In this document: positions 63,067 to 64,000 of the stretch, in pieces
Position numbering within the stretch: position 1 is the stretch's first letter
Layout: every line of letters starts with the position of its first letter
Program-made: the position numbers and the translations under genes
Source: an uncultured Candidatus Rokubacteria bacterium
GTDB lineage: Bacteria; Methylomirabilota; Methylomirabilia; Rokubacteriales; CSP1-6
Assembly (NCBI GenBank): GCA_963771355.1
Contig: CAVYTA010000005.1
Span: 768,001 to 832,000, forward strand
Direction: 5' to 3'
Length of the DNA: 64,000 nt
Notes under the pieces: model-generated
Databases searched by the model: none
Told to the model about the DNA's origin: nothing
What the model saw: only the letters and a program-made list of their open reading frames with translations

Positions 63067-63427
63067 CCGGCGCGTGCTCGTGGCGGGCGGGGCCGCTATC
63101 GTCGCGGCGGCGTGGCTGGCCTCCGCCGGGCCCGCGTCGGCCGAGAATCCGCCGGCCGCTCCCGCGCCGGCGCCGGGGAGCCCCGCGCCGGTGGGCCCGC
63201 CGGCCGTGTTCCAGCTCCTCAATCGCTCCGCGGAAACGCCGTCCGATACGACGCTGCGCGAGTCGCTGCGCCCGGATCTGGCGCCGCCGCCGTCGGGGCG
63301 GGGGTTCGAGAAGATGCCGGACGGCAGCGTGCGCTACGGCAACTTGCGGTTGCGGGGGAAAGTGAACGCCGAGTGCCCGGACGACCCGTTCCACGAGGCC
63401 CCGCCGCTGCCCCGTCGCGGCCGCTAG
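63059..63427 (+). CDS. Hypothetical exported protein
   Basis: SRR-containing signal-like N-terminus ending ASA, Pro-rich linker; overlaps the thiolase stop. Confidence 0.55.
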   Translation: MISRRVLVAGGAAIVAAAWLASAGPASAENPPAAPAPAPGSPAPVGPPAVFQLLNRSAETPSDTTLRESLRPDLAPPPSGRGFEKMPDGSVRYGNLRLRGKVNAECPDDPFHEAPPLPRRGR

Positions 63428-63499
63428 CGCGCTCGCGCGCACGATCCTGCCGCGCGGTGGCCCCCCGGCCGCCGCCGCGGCCATCCAGGAGTGGTCAGC

Positions 63500-64000
63500 A
63501 TGGCCATCAAGAGCGTCGGTGTGATCGGATGCGGGCTCATGGGCTCCGGCATCGTCCAGGTGGCGGCCCAGGCCGGGTTCCGCACCGTGGTGGTGGAGGC
63601 GAATCAGGCGCTGCTCGACCGCGGGCTCGGGGGCCTCGGCCGCACGCTCGACGGGCTCATCGCCAAGGCCAAGCTCGACGCGGCGGGGAAGCAGCAGATC
63701 CTGGACCGCATCACCGGTGCCACCGACTTCTCCGCGTTCAAGGATTGTGACCTCGTCGTCGAGGCCATCACCGAGAACCAGGCGCTCAAGAACGAGACCT
63801 TCGCCCGGCTCGACGCCGTCTGTCCCCCGCACGCGCTGCTCGCCTCGAACACCTCGTCCTGCAACGTGACGGCGATGGCGGCCGCCACCAAGCGGCCGGA
63901 CAAGGTGCTGGGGCTTCACTTCTTCAACCCGGTGCCCCTCATGAAGCTGGTCGAGGTGGTGCAGACCATCCTCACCGACGAGAAGACGGTGGCCCAGGCC
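63500..64000 (+). CDS. 3-hydroxybutyryl/3-hydroxyacyl-CoA dehydrogenase (truncated by window end)
   Basis: VIGCGLMGSG, EAITEN, ASNTSS, GLHFFNPVP; AGGAG SD. Confidence 0.93.
   Translation, partial: MAIKSVGVIGCGLMGSGIVQVAAQAGFRTVVVEANQALLDRGLGGLGRTLDGLIAKAKLDAAGKQQILDRITGATDFSAFKDCDLVVEAITENQALKNETFARLDAVCPPHALLASNTSSCNVTAMAAATKRPDKVLGLHFFNPVPLMKLVEVVQTILTDEKTVAQA

Overview
Very GC-rich bacterial chromosomal segment that is densely coding, with about 70 genes. Gene content and style suggest Candidatus Rokubacteria/Methylomirabilota; this is an inference, not a database result. Left to right: 7Fe ferredoxin; a sigma54-driven stand-alone Fis-type HTH gene; a 3.7-kb insert (phosphodiesterase/AlkP-family, GT2, 5-formyl-THF cyclo-ligase) bounded by a degenerate 47-bp direct repeat and containing a 7x13-bp poly-C/G tandem array; thiolase-DUF35-CoA transferase; cimA; a minus-strand run (DinB, GNAT, EEP, RraA, thrC, TPR, ligA, an Fe3+ ABC pair with a DtxR/IdeR-like box, complete ccmABCDEFGHI, htpX); yceD-rpmF-plsX-fabHDG-acpP-fabF-rnc-like-S2P; an expanded 2-aminoethylphosphonate catabolic region (phnA-phnY-[dimethylglycine-dehydrogenase-like]-phnW, a frameshifted gamma-glutamyl ligase, SDR, an AEP-type ABC transporter with recQ embedded, cupin, SDR, TctBAC); then mixed metabolic genes including an AhpD/CMD-like gene with an in-frame UGA (CxxU) and a SECIS-like hairpin. 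The best leads are a probable folate-dependent N-methyl-aminophosphonate demethylation route, the selenoprotein, the repeat-bounded insert with its tandem array, and several non-canonical or degenerate enzymes. I saw no rRNA, tRNA, CRISPR array, integrase or transposase.
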